Notes: generated from the sequence alone by a model not told the origin. 64,000 nucleotides of DNA from an uncultured Verrucomicrobiae bacterium (GCA_963769025.1 CAVYKI010000010.1:352001-416000); one strand, 5' to 3'. Positions 19,842-30,591 are shown, counted from the stretch's first letter. Numbers and translations are program-made.

Positions 19842-22487
19842 TTACGGGCCGTTCTTGACCTGCACGCGGTAGAAGCGCCGCGGCGCCGCACTCGGCAAGG
19901 AGCCGGTGACCGTGCCGTCGTCGATCCACAGCTTCGTCGTGCCGTCGCCGGAAACTTCTGCGGAGCCGGGATGCCAAGAGAGCAAATCGTCGCTCCACAA
20001 AACCTGGTACACGCGCTGCGGCAGCGTGGGGAAAGTGACCTCATGAAACCCAGTCGTCTGGTTGCGCGTCGCAGCCCAGCCGTAGCGATCCGACACGTGC
20101 GGATTCAGACCGAAGAGGTACTCGGCGAGCGCCGTGTTCCCGTCGCCGTCCGCATCCAGCACCGCATCGGCGGGATCGAAACGGTTCATCCCATTCGCAG
20201 TCTCGAATGCATCCGCCACGCCGTCGCCGTCGCTGTCGGCGGCGCCCTGCTTGATGATGGTGAACGTGTCCGGCACCGTCACATTTTCCCGCACGAACGT
20301 GCCCGTGAGCGTCGTGCCATTCACGTCGAGCACGAGCGAGCCGAGGTTGTTCAGCGAAATGAAATGCGCCGGGTGATTCAGCGAGCCGCCGGTGGCTTGC
20401 CCCGCCGAACCCGCGACCGAGTACACAGCGCCGAAGTGATCGCGCGGCCCGGTGAGCGGCTTGATATAGGCGCCGTTTCCACCGGGCGCCCGTCGCCGGC
20501 GTTCTTCTTCATCGCAGCCGTGAGCGTGGTGGAGATGCCGTAGTGCCCATCGAGCAGATACGAGCGCTCGTAGCAATGGCTGTGGCCGCTCAGCACGAGG
20601 TCCACGCCACCGGCCTCGAGGATGGGCAGGATGTTCTGCCGCATCTCGGCCATCGCTCCGCCGCTGTCGGCCACGCTGTCGGAATCGTGCGAGCCTTTCG
20701 TATAAGGCGGGTGGTGGAAGAAGCACACGATCCACGTCGCAGTGGTGCTCTGAAGATCGTTCTGAAGCCACGTCGCCATCGCGCCCGCCGGCGAGCGGCT
20801 CGCCGTCATCGAGTCGAGGCTGATGAAGTGAATGTTCCCGTAATCGAACGAGTAGTAGTGCTCCGTGCCCGACGCCACGCCGCCGCATTCGCCCGCCGTC
20901 GGAAAGGTGTAGATGTCGAAATACGGATACGTGTCCACGAACGCCGTTGGACTGCGCGGTCTCGTGATTGCCGAGGCACGACCAGAACGGCGTCTTGCGG
21001 AGCATCGTCCCGTACATGTTGAAGACGGCGGCCTGGAATTCCGCGTCAGTGCCGGTGTTGTAGGCGTTGTCGCCGAGTTGCAGCACGAGGCTCGGCGTCC
21101 GCGCGCCGGTCCACGTGTAAAATGCGTCGCGCACGGCGGTCTGGTTGGCCGTCGCGGTGCCGGCATCGCCGAGCACCCAAACACGCGTGCTCACCGCAGA
21201 GCCCGCGACGGGCGGCGTGGTGAAGACATGATCCACACCACTCGCGAGTGTGTCCGACGCGGAGCCGACGCTGTAGTAGTAGGTCGTGCCCGCGGAGAGA
21301 CCGGCCAGTTCCACGACATGCTCGGTCGTTGCGCCGGACTCATCCATCGTGAACGTGAGACTCCCCGCGCTCGTCCCGTAGCTCACCCGCCCCGCCACTG
21401 CCTGGCTGCTCCGCCAGCGGATCGTCATCCGGTCCGGCGCTGCCTTTTGCAAATACGGCCCGCGCGTGAGCGTCCCGCCCGGGCCGGCACTCACCGTCAC
21501 GGCGATCGGTGCCGAGGAAGTGGTGTTGCCGGAATTATCCGTGGCACGTGCGGTGATCCCGTAGCTGCCTGCCGCGACGCCCGTCCACGCGAATTCGTAG
21601 GGCGCAGTCGCATCCTCGCCGAGTTTGGTGGCGCCTTCGAAAAACTCGACCTTGGCGATGCTGCCATCCGTGTCCGATGCCGCGGCGGCGAAATGGATCG
21701 TCGAGCCGGCGGCATACGCCGACCCGTCCGCGGGCGACGTGATCGCGGCCGTCGGTGGCTGCCCGATTGGAAGATCGATGACCACATTATCGAGACCGAG
21801 GATCTGGTCGGGGGAAGTCTCGGTGGCATTGTCATCGACCCAGCGCAGGAGCAATTGCGTGCCCGCGCCCCAGGAACCCGCAAGCGAGACCGCGGTCGCC
21901 GGCACTGTCGTCACACCCGTGGTGCCCGGGACGATCACGCCTGCGGGACCGGTGAGGGTCGGATTGAGCGCGGCGACATTCTGCCATGTCGTGCCGCCAT
22001 CCGCGCTGTAGAAAAGCCAGTAGCCGGGGAGTTGATTCGCCGCGGGCGCGGTGAAGCGACGGATGTCGTAACGGATGCGGACCGCGTTGATTGCGGAGCC
22101 GGTGCCGTTCGTGAGGGCCAGCTGCCACACGAGACCCTGCCCGGAAGTGGGCGACGTTCCGATGGCACGATCGCCAGTGGATGCGGGGAGCGCGTAGTTG
22201 AATCCAGCGGTGTTGCTGCTGGCGGCAAATGACGTCGTCGCGGCCAATGCGTTGTTCAGCGTGCCGCCGCCCACGCTGCCGGCGGGGATTCCCGTGGCAT
22301 TCGTCCACGTCCCGTTGCTGCCGCCGAGCGCTCCGAAGAAGGACCATCCCGCAGGCGGCGCGGTGCCGGTCGTGCCCATGGCATCGAAGTCCTGAATGTA
22401 GCTTCCGTTGAAACTGACCTGCGCGACTGCGCCTTGCGCCAGCAGCGCGAGAAGGACCACGACAAGGAGACGGATGTGGTGCTTCAT
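19842..22487 (-). CDS. Secreted multidomain metallophosphoesterase (purple acid phosphatase-like) with Ig-like domain; two compensating frameshifts (~20950, ~20480)
   Basis: Signal peptide; Ig-like segment AAASDTDGSIAKVEFFEG; LTRGPYLQ, LGDAG, LGDNAY, GNHE, HHPPY, SGHSH; DSDGDG acidic repeat; C-terminal RRFYRVQV. Confidence 0.8.
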   Translation of the reverse strand: MKHHIRLLVVVLLALLAQGAVAQVSFNGSYIQDFDAMGTTGTAPPAGWSFFGALGGSNGTWTNATGIPAGSVGGGTLNNALAATTSFAASSNTAGFNYALPASTGDRAIGTSPTSGQGLVWQLALTNGTGSAINAVRIRYDIRRFTAPAANQLPGYWLFYSADGGTTWQNVAALNPTLTGPAGVIVPGTTGVTTVPATAVSLAGSWGAGTQLLLRWVDDNATETSPDQILGLDNVVIDLPIGQPPTAAITSPADGSAYAAGSTIHFAAAASDTDGSIAKVEFFEGATKLGEDATAPYEFAWTGVAAGSYGITARATDNSGNTTSSAPIAVTVSAGPGGTLTRGPYLQKAAPDRMTIRWRSSQAVAGRVSYGTSAGSLTFTMDESGATTEHVVELAGLSAGTTYYYSVGSASDTLASGVDHVFTTPPVAGSAVSTRVWVLGDAGTATANQTAVRDAFYTWTGARTPSLVLQLGDNAYNTGTDAEFQAAVFNMYGTMLRKTPFWSCLGNHETAQSNGVRGHVSVFRHLHLSDGGRMRRRGVGHGALLLVRLREHSLHQPRLDDGEPLAGGRDGDVASERSSEHHCDVDRVLLPPPALYERLARFRQRGRQRRSDGRDAAEHPAHPRGRWRGPRAERPQPLLRALVSARWALRHLHHAHGCDEEERRRRAPGGNGAYIKPLTGPRDHFGAVYSVAGSAGQATGGSLNHPAHFISLNNLGSLVLDVNGTTLTGTFVRENVTVPDTFTIIKQGAADSDGDGVADAFETANGMNRFDPADAVLDADGDGNTALAEYLFGLNPHVSDRYGWAATRNQTTGFHEVTFPTLPQRVYQVLWSDDLLSWHPGSAEVSGDGTTKLWIDDGTVTGSLPSAAPRRFYRVQVKNGP

Positions 22488-23347
22488 CGGGGAGAAAGGC
22501 TGGCGAGCGACTCCAGTGCGAATCGCGCCTGTTCGAGCAATCGCGACATCGCGTGCGAACCGCGCTCCAGCGGCGGCATCGCGAGGATCCGCTCCTGAAG
22601 CGCCTTCCACCCGGCGATGCAGTCCCGGGTCCTCCCCGCCCGGGCCAGCAGCGACGCGCGTTTCGCCAGCAAAGGTTCCTTGATGCGTGCTCCCTGAATC
22701 ACCTCATCCATCCGGTGGAGCGCCGCATCGTGGCGCCCGAGTTTCATCTCGATCTCCACGGCGCGGTCCACCAGCGACTGGAGACCGCGCATCCGGGCCA
22801 GCGCCTCGTCAATTGCAGCCAGCGCGTCCACTTCTCGACCGGCGGCGCGGAGGAAGGCGACCAGTTCAAACACGTGATCGGGCTCCGGTTGCGCGACGTG
22901 CGACATCGCGCGCAAAAATTCATCGGCCGCCTCCGCCTTCTCGTCCAGCGCGCCGAGCACCCGCGCCCGCTGCATCAGCGCCGGTGCGCTATCCGGATGC
23001 GACGCCACGAACGTGTCGAGCACCGCCTTCGCCTCCGCAAATCGCCCGCCCGACGCCAGCGCGCGACCTCGCAGCAGCCCGGCGCCGACATCCTGCGTCT
23101 GCCGTTTTTCCGCCTCGTCCACGTCGAGCAGGCAGGCATTCCAGTCCCCGTGTTCGAGGTGGAGAAATGCGCGCCGCAGATACAGCGCGGCATCCTCCGG
23201 CTTCTCGATGATCGCACGGGTGGCGGCATCGATCATTTCGTGACTCGTGCCGTGGGCCAGCGCGGACGCTCCGGGCAGCAAGCCGGCGATTACGGCACAA
23301 AGAGGCGCCGCGATGAGGATGAGAGTTCTGGTTCTGCGGGGATTCAA
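22484..23347 (-). CDS. Secreted tetratricopeptide-repeat protein
   Basis: Signal peptide, Ala/Leu-rich TPR-like helical repeats; stop overlaps the phosphatase ATG (ATGA). Confidence 0.68.
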   Translation of the reverse strand: MNPRRTRTLILIAAPLCAVIAGLLPGASALAHGTSHEMIDAATRAIIEKPEDAALYLRRAFLHLEHGDWNACLLDVDEAEKRQTQDVGAGLLRGRALASGGRFAEAKAVLDTFVASHPDSAPALMQRARVLGALDEKAEAADEFLRAMSHVAQPEPDHVFELVAFLRAAGREVDALAAIDEALARMRGLQSLVDRAVEIEMKLGRHDAALHRMDEVIQGARIKEPLLAKRASLLARAGRTRDCIAGWKALQERILAMPPLERGSHAMSRLLEQARFALESLASLSPR

Positions 23348-23417
23348 ACCACCGCCACGATACGAGGCATCCTATCGTTGTCCACCGGCAGACCGTATCA
23401 GGCCTTCATCCGCACAC

Positions 23418-24323
23418 TCACCGCTTCGGCAGCTTCGGGCGCGTCTTGATTCCGTCGCGGATGATCTTCAGCACGCGCTTGCGCTCGTCGCCGGCGATGG
23501 GTAGGCGCGGCTCGCGCACCCACTCGGAACCGAGGCCCGTCTCCTGCGCGCACAGCTTGATGTACTGCACAAAGTGCGGGTGCGTATCGAGCTTCATGAG
23601 CGGCTGGAACCAGCGGTAGAATTTCCGCGCCTCGTCCCATTTTCCCGCACGCGTGAGCTCCCAAAGCCGCTGATTTTCCGCGGGGAATGCGACGCCCGTG
23701 CCCGCAACCCAGCCATCAATCCCGACGATGCTCGCCTCCATGATGAGATCGTCCACGCCGGTGAATACCGCGTAGCGCCCGCCGATGGCGTTGTGGATTT
23801 CCGTGATGCGCCGCGGGTCGCCCGAGCTTTCCTTGAGCGCGACGAACGCCGGCTCATCCGCCAGCTCCGCGAACATCGCGGGCGTGATGTCGTTCCCGTA
23901 GCTGATCGGGTTGTTGTAGATCATCACCGGCAGACCGCCGCCGCGCGCCACGGCGCGGAAATACGCGAGCGACTCGCGCGGGTCGCCCTTGTAGCTCATC
24001 GGCGGCATCAGCATCACGCCGGCCGCGCCGAGCTTCCCCATGTCGCGCACGTAATGGACCGCGACCGCGGTGGACGACTCCGCCACGCCGCTGAGCACCG
24101 GCACACGTCCGGCAGCCACCTCCACCGCGCAGCGCACCACCGCGCGCTTCTCCACGGGTTCCAAGGTCTGGTTTTCCCCGAGCGAACCGCACACGACGAG
24201 TCCGCTCACGCCGCTCGCAATGAGCGCCTCAAAGTGCCGCGCCGTCGCGTCGAGATCGAGCGACTGGTTGCGCTTGAGGTGGGTGATGCATGCGGGGAAT
24301 ACGCCGGTCCAGAGGGGTTTCAT
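23418..24323 (-). CDS. Dihydrodipicolinate synthase family protein (possibly pyrroline-hydroxy-carboxylate deaminase type)
   Basis: GSLGE, MIYNNP, KESSGD, GVDD. Confidence 0.85.
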   Translation of the reverse strand: MKPLWTGVFPACITHLKRNQSLDLDATARHFEALIASGVSGLVVCGSLGENQTLEPVEKRAVVRCAVEVAAGRVPVLSGVAESSTAVAVHYVRDMGKLGAAGVMLMPPMSYKGDPRESLAYFRAVARGGGLPVMIYNNPISYGNDITPAMFAELADEPAFVALKESSGDPRRITEIHNAIGGRYAVFTGVDDLIMEASIVGIDGWVAGTGVAFPAENQRLWELTRAGKWDEARKFYRWFQPLMKLDTHPHFVQYIKLCAQETGLGSEWVREPRLPIAGDERKRVLKIIRDGIKTRPKLPKR

Positions 24324-24376
24324 CCGTCCTGTTCAGCGCGAAACCGACGCCGCGTCACGCGCTTTCGCGCGCCCGC

Positions 24377-26374
24377 CTACTCGTTGCCGGCGACCGAAAC
24401 CTCGTCCACATCGATCCGCCCGCCAGCGCCATCCGGCGTACGGATGATTACCACTTTCCCGACGTGCGTGATCGTGTCCGTCCATGAAAACGCCGTCGCG
24501 GCGGGCACCCATCCGGCTGCCTTCGCCTCCGCATCCGTCCAGTCATAGCGCAGCTTCGCGCTCGCTTGCGTCCAGCCGACGCCGAGCGGCTCGGCCAGGA
24601 ATGTCCACTGCGCGACATCGCCGGCAAAAATCTCGAACTTCACGCGGCCGCCCGGCTGCGGCGTGCGGACGGATGCCGTGATGGTCGCGCCATGTCCGCC
24701 AAAAATCTGCGACCAGTCTCCGGCGAGCGGCGAGTCTTTCGCAAGCACCGGCGAGTGGACGAACGGCACAAGCCCCTTCCCGCGCTTCGCCGTGATGTAG
24801 CCTCCCTTCGCGCCGCCTTCCGCGTGATGCTCGATTTCCTCCACGCCCTTCCACCCCTGCGCGTCAGCGTCGAAAGTGATGCCCTGCTTCGCAATCGGCG
24901 CCGCCGGGCGGGAACGCAGCGGATTCGCCACCTCAGGCAGCTTCGTGTCGCGGAGAGTGACGCCACCGAGCGCGTAGAGTTTCGCATGGTGCAATTCAAA
25001 ACGAAACCGCACCGACTTCCCCTTCGTCGCCGCGAAGTCGCCGCGCTTCCAGTTCACCGGAGCGTCCGTCACGTTCGCCGTGATCGGCTCCGACTCAGCG
25101 ACCACTTTCTCGCCATCCAGCGCCCGGACACGCACGCTCCCTCCTTGCGCATCCGCGCTCACGCGCAGCGGCTCACCGCCGGTGGTGAAAGCCCCGCTCT
25201 CGAGCACCGCAGCCTTCCCCTTCTCCACCGGCTCGTAGCCCGCAAAGCGATCCAACGGCAGCCGCGCGAGACTGAGCAGGCAATGGCGCTTCCAGCCCGT
25301 GTGCGGGAAATCCGAGCCGCCGTAGTAGATCAGCATGTCATTCCCCTGCGCGATCGCCGGGCCGGACATCGCGTAGATGCATTCCGAGTCGTAGCTGCCC
25401 TTCGGCCCGCGCGGGATGAACGCCACGCCGGGCGTCACGCGCCGCCACGTGATGCTGTCCGGGCTCCACGCGAGTTCGCAATCCACCGTGCGCCCCTTGC
25501 CGACATTGTAGATCATCGCGTAGCCGAGCCAGATGTTCCCGTAGCGGAAAGGCGTGAGCGCATATGTCTGGCTCGCCTTCCCCTCCTCCACCGATGAGCG
25601 CAGCACCATGCCCGAGTTTTTCCAGTGAATGAAATCATCACTCTCGAAGCGCGCCACCGTGCGCTCGCCGATGTAGAGCTTAGTGAACCACAGATACTTC
25701 TTCAGCCGCCCGTCCCACATCGCGTTGTTGTGTGTGTCGCCGTTCTGCGCGCCGAAGCCCACCACGTCCACCGGCTCGCCCCAATGCACGCCATCCGCGC
25801 TGAACCGCACGTGCGGCTTCCCGAGCCCCGTGTCGTACACCATCTTGTAGCGCCGCGCCGGGTCCGCGTCGTGCGGGTCCTTGAAGACGCCCACGTTCGG
25901 CGTGTCGCGAGCCACGATGTTGTTCCCGCCGCGCCCGTCGAACTTGTGCAAATCCAGCGCCGGCCGCTCCCACGCCACGCCGTCCTTCGACGTCGCGTAA
26001 AGCAGATACCAGCCGACATCATGCACCGTGCTCGGCCCGTCCATCTTCGCGATCACCTCCTTGTCCGAGAGCACGCACTTGTACCACATCTTGAAGACGC
26101 GCTCCTCAGCATCCCACAGCACATTCGGGTAAAGGTTGTTCGTCGCATTCTCCCAAGGCTGGTCCGCGCGCAGCAGCGGATTGCGCGCTTCCTTCACCAG
26201 CGTCCCCGGCGCGAGCCGCGCATTGCTGGAGGAAACGATCACGCGCGAATCCAACACGAGATGCTTCTTTTCATCGGGCATAATCAACCTTGGCGAGTCC
26301 GCCACAGGCCGCGGCTCCACCGCAAAAAGACGGGCACCGAGAACCAACACCAACGCAAGCAGGGGGGATTTCAT
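24377..26374 (-). CDS. Secreted beta-propeller protein (glycoside hydrolase clan GH-J-like) with C-terminal extra domain
   Basis: Signal peptide MKSPLLALVLVLG; repeated Asp-box-like motifs SKDGVAW, SADGVHW, SDDFIHW, SPDSITW; IYYGG. Confidence 0.6.
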   Translation of the reverse strand: MKSPLLALVLVLGARLFAVEPRPVADSPRLIMPDEKKHLVLDSRVIVSSSNARLAPGTLVKEARNPLLRADQPWENATNNLYPNVLWDAEERVFKMWYKCVLSDKEVIAKMDGPSTVHDVGWYLLYATSKDGVAWERPALDLHKFDGRGGNNIVARDTPNVGVFKDPHDADPARRYKMVYDTGLGKPHVRFSADGVHWGEPVDVVGFGAQNGDTHNNAMWDGRLKKYLWFTKLYIGERTVARFESDDFIHWKNSGMVLRSSVEEGKASQTYALTPFRYGNIWLGYAMIYNVGKGRTVDCELAWSPDSITWRRVTPGVAFIPRGPKGSYDSECIYAMSGPAIAQGNDMLIYYGGSDFPHTGWKRHCLLSLARLPLDRFAGYEPVEKGKAAVLESGAFTTGGEPLRVSADAQGGSVRVRALDGEKVVAESEPITANVTDAPVNWKRGDFAATKGKSVRFRFELHHAKLYALGGVTLRDTKLPEVANPLRSRPAAPIAKQGITFDADAQGWKGVEEIEHHAEGGAKGGYITAKRGKGLVPFVHSPVLAKDSPLAGDWSQIFGGHGATITASVRTPQPGGRVKFEIFAGDVAQWTFLAEPLGVGWTQASAKLRYDWTDAEAKAAGWVPAATAFSWTDTITHVGKVVIIRTPDGAGGRIDVDEVSVAGNE

Positions 26375-26494
26375 GCCCCTAGCTAGACGGCAGCGCAGCC
26401 GCCCGGCAACACCTGCCTCGCGGGCGGCGCGTCCCGCACGGGCAACACTCCGGGATTGCGCGGCGTTGCGGGCTTGCGCAGCCTGCGCGCACGG

Positions 26495-26956
26495 ATGCCT
26501 TACGAATTCACCCTCTCCCATCGCGTGGAGTTTGCCGAGACGGACATGGCGGGCATCGTCCATTTCGCGAATTATTTCCGCATGATGGAGAATGCCGAGC
26601 ACGCGTTCTTCCGCTCGCTCGGCTTCACGGTCCACGGGCACGATGCCGGGACGACGATCGGCTGGCCGCGCGTGAACACGGCGTGCGAATTCCTCAAGCC
26701 GCTGCGCTTCGAGGAGGTCGTGGACATCCAGCTCCTCGTCGCCGAGGTGCGCACGCGCAGCATCCGTTACGCGTTCCGCTTTTGGAAAGACGAGGAAGGG
26801 CAGCGCACCGAGGTCGCCCGCGGGAGCGTGACCGCCGTGTGCGCGACGGTGAAGGCGAACGGCAAGCTCGGCGCGGTCGAGATTCCCGAGGCGCTCCGCG
26901 CAGCCATCCAGCCCGCGCCGGCGGAACTGCTCGCCGATTTGCAGAGGCAGGCCTGA
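26495..26956 (+). CDS. Acyl-CoA thioesterase (4HBT/YbgC family)
   Basis: VEFAETDMAGIVHFANYFRMME. Confidence 0.88.
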   Translation: MPYEFTLSHRVEFAETDMAGIVHFANYFRMMENAEHAFFRSLGFTVHGHDAGTTIGWPRVNTACEFLKPLRFEEVVDIQLLVAEVRTRSIRYAFRFWKDEEGQRTEVARGSVTAVCATVKANGKLGAVEIPEALRAAIQPAPAELLADLQRQA

Positions 26957-27013
26957 CGCCTCCCACTTTTCACTTTTCACCTTTCACTCCGCGCCTCTCA
27001 CTCGCAGCACGCA

Positions 27014-27580
27014 ATGTCCAACCCGCAAACAAAGTCTATGACCTGGATTCTCTACGCATTCCTCACCGTCGCCTGCTGGGGCGTCTATGGCGTCTATCTC
27101 CACCGCGGACAGACCGAGATGGCCGACATGGCGAACGGCCGATGGAAGGCGTTCCTGTTCGTCGGATTCGCGTATTTCCTCGTCGCAGTGATCGCGCCGC
27201 TGATCATGCTGCGGCTCAACGGCAAGCCCGGCGACACGAACTTCCTCGCGTATCCGATGAAGGGGCAACTCTGGTCGCTCATCGCGGGAATCGTCGGCGC
27301 GATTGGCGCGTTCGGCGTGCTGCTCGCGTTCGGCGCGGCGCCGCAGCCGAAAGCGGCCTACATCCCGGTGGTGATGTCCATCATCTTCGCCGGCGCGCCG
27401 ATCGTGAATGCGGTCGTCTCGATGCTCTACCATCCGCCGCACGGCGGGCTGGGCGAGGTGAAGTGGCAGTTCTGGGCCGGCATCCTCGTCGCCGCCGTCG
27501 GCGGAAGCATGGTCGCGCTTTACAAACCTGATGCCCCGGCGCCCCCCAAGCCGGGCACCGTGCAGGCGGCAAAGCACTGA
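27014..27580 (+). CDS. Membrane protein (EamA/DMT-like, about 5 TM)
   Basis: Hydrophobic helices; WGVYG, AGIVGAIGA, FAGAPIVNA. Confidence 0.6.
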   Translation: MSNPQTKSMTWILYAFLTVACWGVYGVYLHRGQTEMADMANGRWKAFLFVGFAYFLVAVIAPLIMLRLNGKPGDTNFLAYPMKGQLWSLIAGIVGAIGAFGVLLAFGAAPQPKAAYIPVVMSIIFAGAPIVNAVVSMLYHPPHGGLGEVKWQFWAGILVAAVGGSMVALYKPDAPAPPKPGTVQAAKH

Positions 27581-27596
27581 TGCGCGGCGCGCAGCG

Positions 27597-28796
27597 ATGA
27601 GCACGCTCACGAAGCTCCGAGAGCTGCTCGCTGCGATCGCGGGCAACCGCTTCCAAGCCTCACGGCTCGCGGGCCTCGGCGCAATCGCGAGCGTGGAGGA
27701 TTTCACGGCGCGCGTCCCTTTCACGACAAAGGCCGACCTTGTCGCCGACCATGCGGCACATCCGCCATTCGGCACGAATCTCACTTTCCCGCGCGCCGCC
27801 TATACGCGCTTTTGCCAGACGAGCGGGACGACCGCGCAGCCGCTCGCGATCCTCGACACACCGGAGAGCTGGGACTGGATGCTCGGGAACTGGGCGCGCA
27901 TCTATCGCGAAGGTGGCGTCGCACCGGGCGACTGCGTTTACTTCGCATTCTCGTTCGGGCCGTTCCTCGGCTTCTGGACTGCGTTCGAGGGCGCGGCGAA
28001 ATTTGGCTGCCTGTGCATCCCCGGAGGCGGGCTTTCCAGCGCGGCGCGCATCCGCGGCATCATCCGCCACGGCGCGGGCGTCCTGCTCTGCACGCCGACG
28101 TACGCGTTGCATCTCGCAGACGTCGCGGCGCGTGAAGATGTGAGCCTGCGGGATTCGGCGGTGCGGAGAATCATCGTCGCGGGCGAGCCCGGCGGAAGCG
28201 TGCCGGCGATCCGCGAGCGGATCTCCGCCGCATGGAACGGCGCCGAGGTGCTGGATCACTACGGAATGACGGAGACCGGCCCCGTGGCATTCCAGCGAAC
28301 GGGCGAGGACGGGACGCTCCACGCGATCGAGGAGTCGTACTTTTGCGAAGTCGTGGATCCGAAAACCGGCGCACCCGTGGGGCGCGGCGAACTCGGCGAA
28401 CTCGTCCTCACGCCGCTCGGGCGGACGTCCAATCCCCTGCTCCGCTACCGCACCGGAGATTTCGTCCGCCGGCGCGCGGGCGAAGGCTTTGCGCTGGAAG
28501 GCGGAATCCTCGGGCGCACCGACGACATGCTCGTGGTGCGCGGCGTGAACATTTTCCCGAGCGCGGTGGATGCGGTCGTGTGCGGCATCGGCGCGGTCAC
28601 GGAGTACCGCGTGCACGTGCGGCGCACGGGCGAAATGGCGGAACTCGCGATCGAGGTGGAATCCGACGACGACCGCGCGGCCGACCGCGTGGAGACGGCG
28701 CTCGGCGAGGCGTTTTCACTGCGCATCCCGGTCACGCGGGTCGCGGGCGGGACGCTCCCGCGCTTTGAACTGAAGGCGCGCCGCTGGCAGCGCTGA
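27597..28796 (+). CDS. Phenylacetate-CoA ligase family adenylate-forming enzyme
   Basis: QTSGTT, GEPGG, DHYGMTE, LRYRTGD, GRTDDMLVVRGVNIFPS. Confidence 0.88.
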   Translation: MSTLTKLRELLAAIAGNRFQASRLAGLGAIASVEDFTARVPFTTKADLVADHAAHPPFGTNLTFPRAAYTRFCQTSGTTAQPLAILDTPESWDWMLGNWARIYREGGVAPGDCVYFAFSFGPFLGFWTAFEGAAKFGCLCIPGGGLSSAARIRGIIRHGAGVLLCTPTYALHLADVAAREDVSLRDSAVRRIIVAGEPGGSVPAIRERISAAWNGAEVLDHYGMTETGPVAFQRTGEDGTLHAIEESYFCEVVDPKTGAPVGRGELGELVLTPLGRTSNPLLRYRTGDFVRRRAGEGFALEGGILGRTDDMLVVRGVNIFPSAVDAVVCGIGAVTEYRVHVRRTGEMAELAIEVESDDDRAADRVETALGEAFSLRIPVTRVAGGTLPRFELKARRWQR

Positions 28797-28800
28797 GCCA

Positions 28801-29628
28801 CTACGCGCCCGCGCCGATGAGCACCGGGCGTGGTGCGAAGATCGGCCCGATCCAGTTCCAGAGCTTCCCACGGGAGACCGGCGGCCGAGCGACCTTGACG
28901 CGCGGTGCGGCCTTCGTCTCCCGGGTGGAACTGCCAACCGGTACCGAGACTGCAGCGGAGACCCGCAGCGTCCCCGGCGTGTCGCGCCTCGTAAACATCA
29001 CGGACGGTGAAGGAGGTGCAGTGATGACCACCCAGTAATGCCGGTAGGGGCTCGAGGGGTCGGAATACACGCCGACGCCAAAGTTCGTCTGGTCGCGGTA
29101 AAAGGAACTCCGAGCGAGCAGGTGCGTGCGATGGGATGCCGAATGCATCCAGGTATCCCATGCCGCGGCTGCAGTCGGCTGCCCGGCGCTGATGGACTCG
29201 ATGAAATTCCCCGAGCGCGAATTGCTCCAAAACGAGGGGAGTTCGTAACCCGCGGACCGGGCGAGGAAATTCGGGCCGTACCCATCGGGGTTCGTGTGGG
29301 AAAAGTAATGCCGCCTCGCCATGTCGGCTGCGCGTGACCGCGCGACGGCAGTCAGGATCGGGTCCAACATCATCCGTCCCCGGTCGCGCTGCTGGCCGCG
29401 ATCCTCCGAGAGAAACCTCGCGAGTTCCTGCTCCTGCGTGTTCAGCGAGACGGCGCGCGCATCCGGCACCAGCGGGGACAACGACGCCAGCGCGATGGCG
29501 GCGGCAGACAAGACACCACGCCACCGGAATCGCCGTGCGGCAGCAGGATGGTGCGAGGTGCTTTCGGTGGCTGGACGGCGCTCCAGAATCCGCGATGCGG
29601 TGGGAGCCTCGGAAATAATGCGGGTCAT
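28801..29628 (-). CDS. CAP/SCP domain secreted protein
   Basis: AADMARRHYFSHTNPDG, ESISAG, WMHSASHRTHLL, YWV; start uncertain. Confidence 0.78.
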   Translation of the reverse strand: MTRIISEAPTASRILERRPATESTSHHPAAARRFRWRGVLSAAAIALASLSPLVPDARAVSLNTQEQELARFLSEDRGQQRDRGRMMLDPILTAVARSRAADMARRHYFSHTNPDGYGPNFLARSAGYELPSFWSNSRSGNFIESISAGQPTAAAAWDTWMHSASHRTHLLARSSFYRDQTNFGVGVYSDPSSPYRHYWVVITAPPSPSVMFTRRDTPGTLRVSAAVSVPVGSSTRETKAAPRVKVARPPVSRGKLWNWIGPIFAPRPVLIGAGA

Positions 29629-29816
29629 GGAAAAAATGCGGGGTTGCCAGTACGCTGAATCACGATCCGTGCCACCGGAATGTACGACCCTTCGGATCGG
29701 CGGAAATTTCCGCGACCTCAGACAACTCCGGCACCCACTTCGCGACAGCCCGCCCGCTCGCGGCATCCCTCCGGGCCCGGCAGGAAAAGGCGGGCCCCGG
29801 TTCCGGAACCCCGCGC

Positions 29817-30473
29817 TTACGCGGCTCCCCGGATCGCCCGGATCGCAGCCGCCATGTCTTGCGCGGCGAACACGCTCGTCCCGGCGACCAGCGTGTCGGC
29901 CCCGGCCTCGATGCTCGTCCTTGCGGTGGTCGTGTTGATGCCGCCATCCACCTCGATGCGATACGCGAGACCCCGCTCCCTGCGAATCGCTCGCGCAGCG
30001 CGCACCTTTTCCATCATTTCCGGGATGAACGGCTGGCCGCCGTATCCCGGCTCCACCGTCATGACCAGCACGAGGTCCACATCACCGAGGAAGGGCTCCA
30101 GCTTGGAAAACTTCGTGCCCGGCTTCAGCGTGATGCCGCACTGGATGCCCGCCCCACGGATCGCGCGGAGCGTCGCGGCGACATCGCAGTCCGACTCCGC
30201 GTGGATGGTGATGTTCTTCGCCAGCTTCGCAAAGCGCGGCCAGAACGTGTCGGGCCGCGTGATCATGAGATGCACGTCGAGCGGCACTTTCGCGACCTTC
30301 GCGACCGACTCGCAGAATGCCGGGCCGAACGAGATGTTCTCCACAAGGTGGCCGTCCATCACGTCAAGGTGCAGCCAGTCCGCCCCCGCGGCCTCGACCT
30401 GCCGGATTTGCTCGTGCAGGCGGCCCCAATCCGCCGCGAGAACCGAGGGTGCGATGATGGTCTGGTGCGTCAT
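29817..30473 (-). CDS. rpe: Ribulose-phosphate 3-epimerase
   Basis: IAPSVLAAD, HLDVMDGH, DVHLM, MTVEPGYGGQ, EVDGGIN. Confidence 0.95.
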   Translation of the reverse strand: MTHQTIIAPSVLAADWGRLHEQIRQVEAAGADWLHLDVMDGHLVENISFGPAFCESVAKVAKVPLDVHLMITRPDTFWPRFAKLAKNITIHAESDCDVAATLRAIRGAGIQCGITLKPGTKFSKLEPFLGDVDLVLVMTVEPGYGGQPFIPEMMEKVRAARAIRRERGLAYRIEVDGGINTTTARTSIEAGADTLVAGTSVFAAQDMAAAIRAIRGAA

Positions 30474-30591
30474 GCCCGCGAGGAAAGCGCGCGCGGACGT
30501 GCGTGGCAAGGCGGAGCGCTCGCGCCAACCGACGGAGAGCATCCGGCAATTGCGCCCTTGTCGGCATCGCGGGATTGCGGGACATTTCGGC

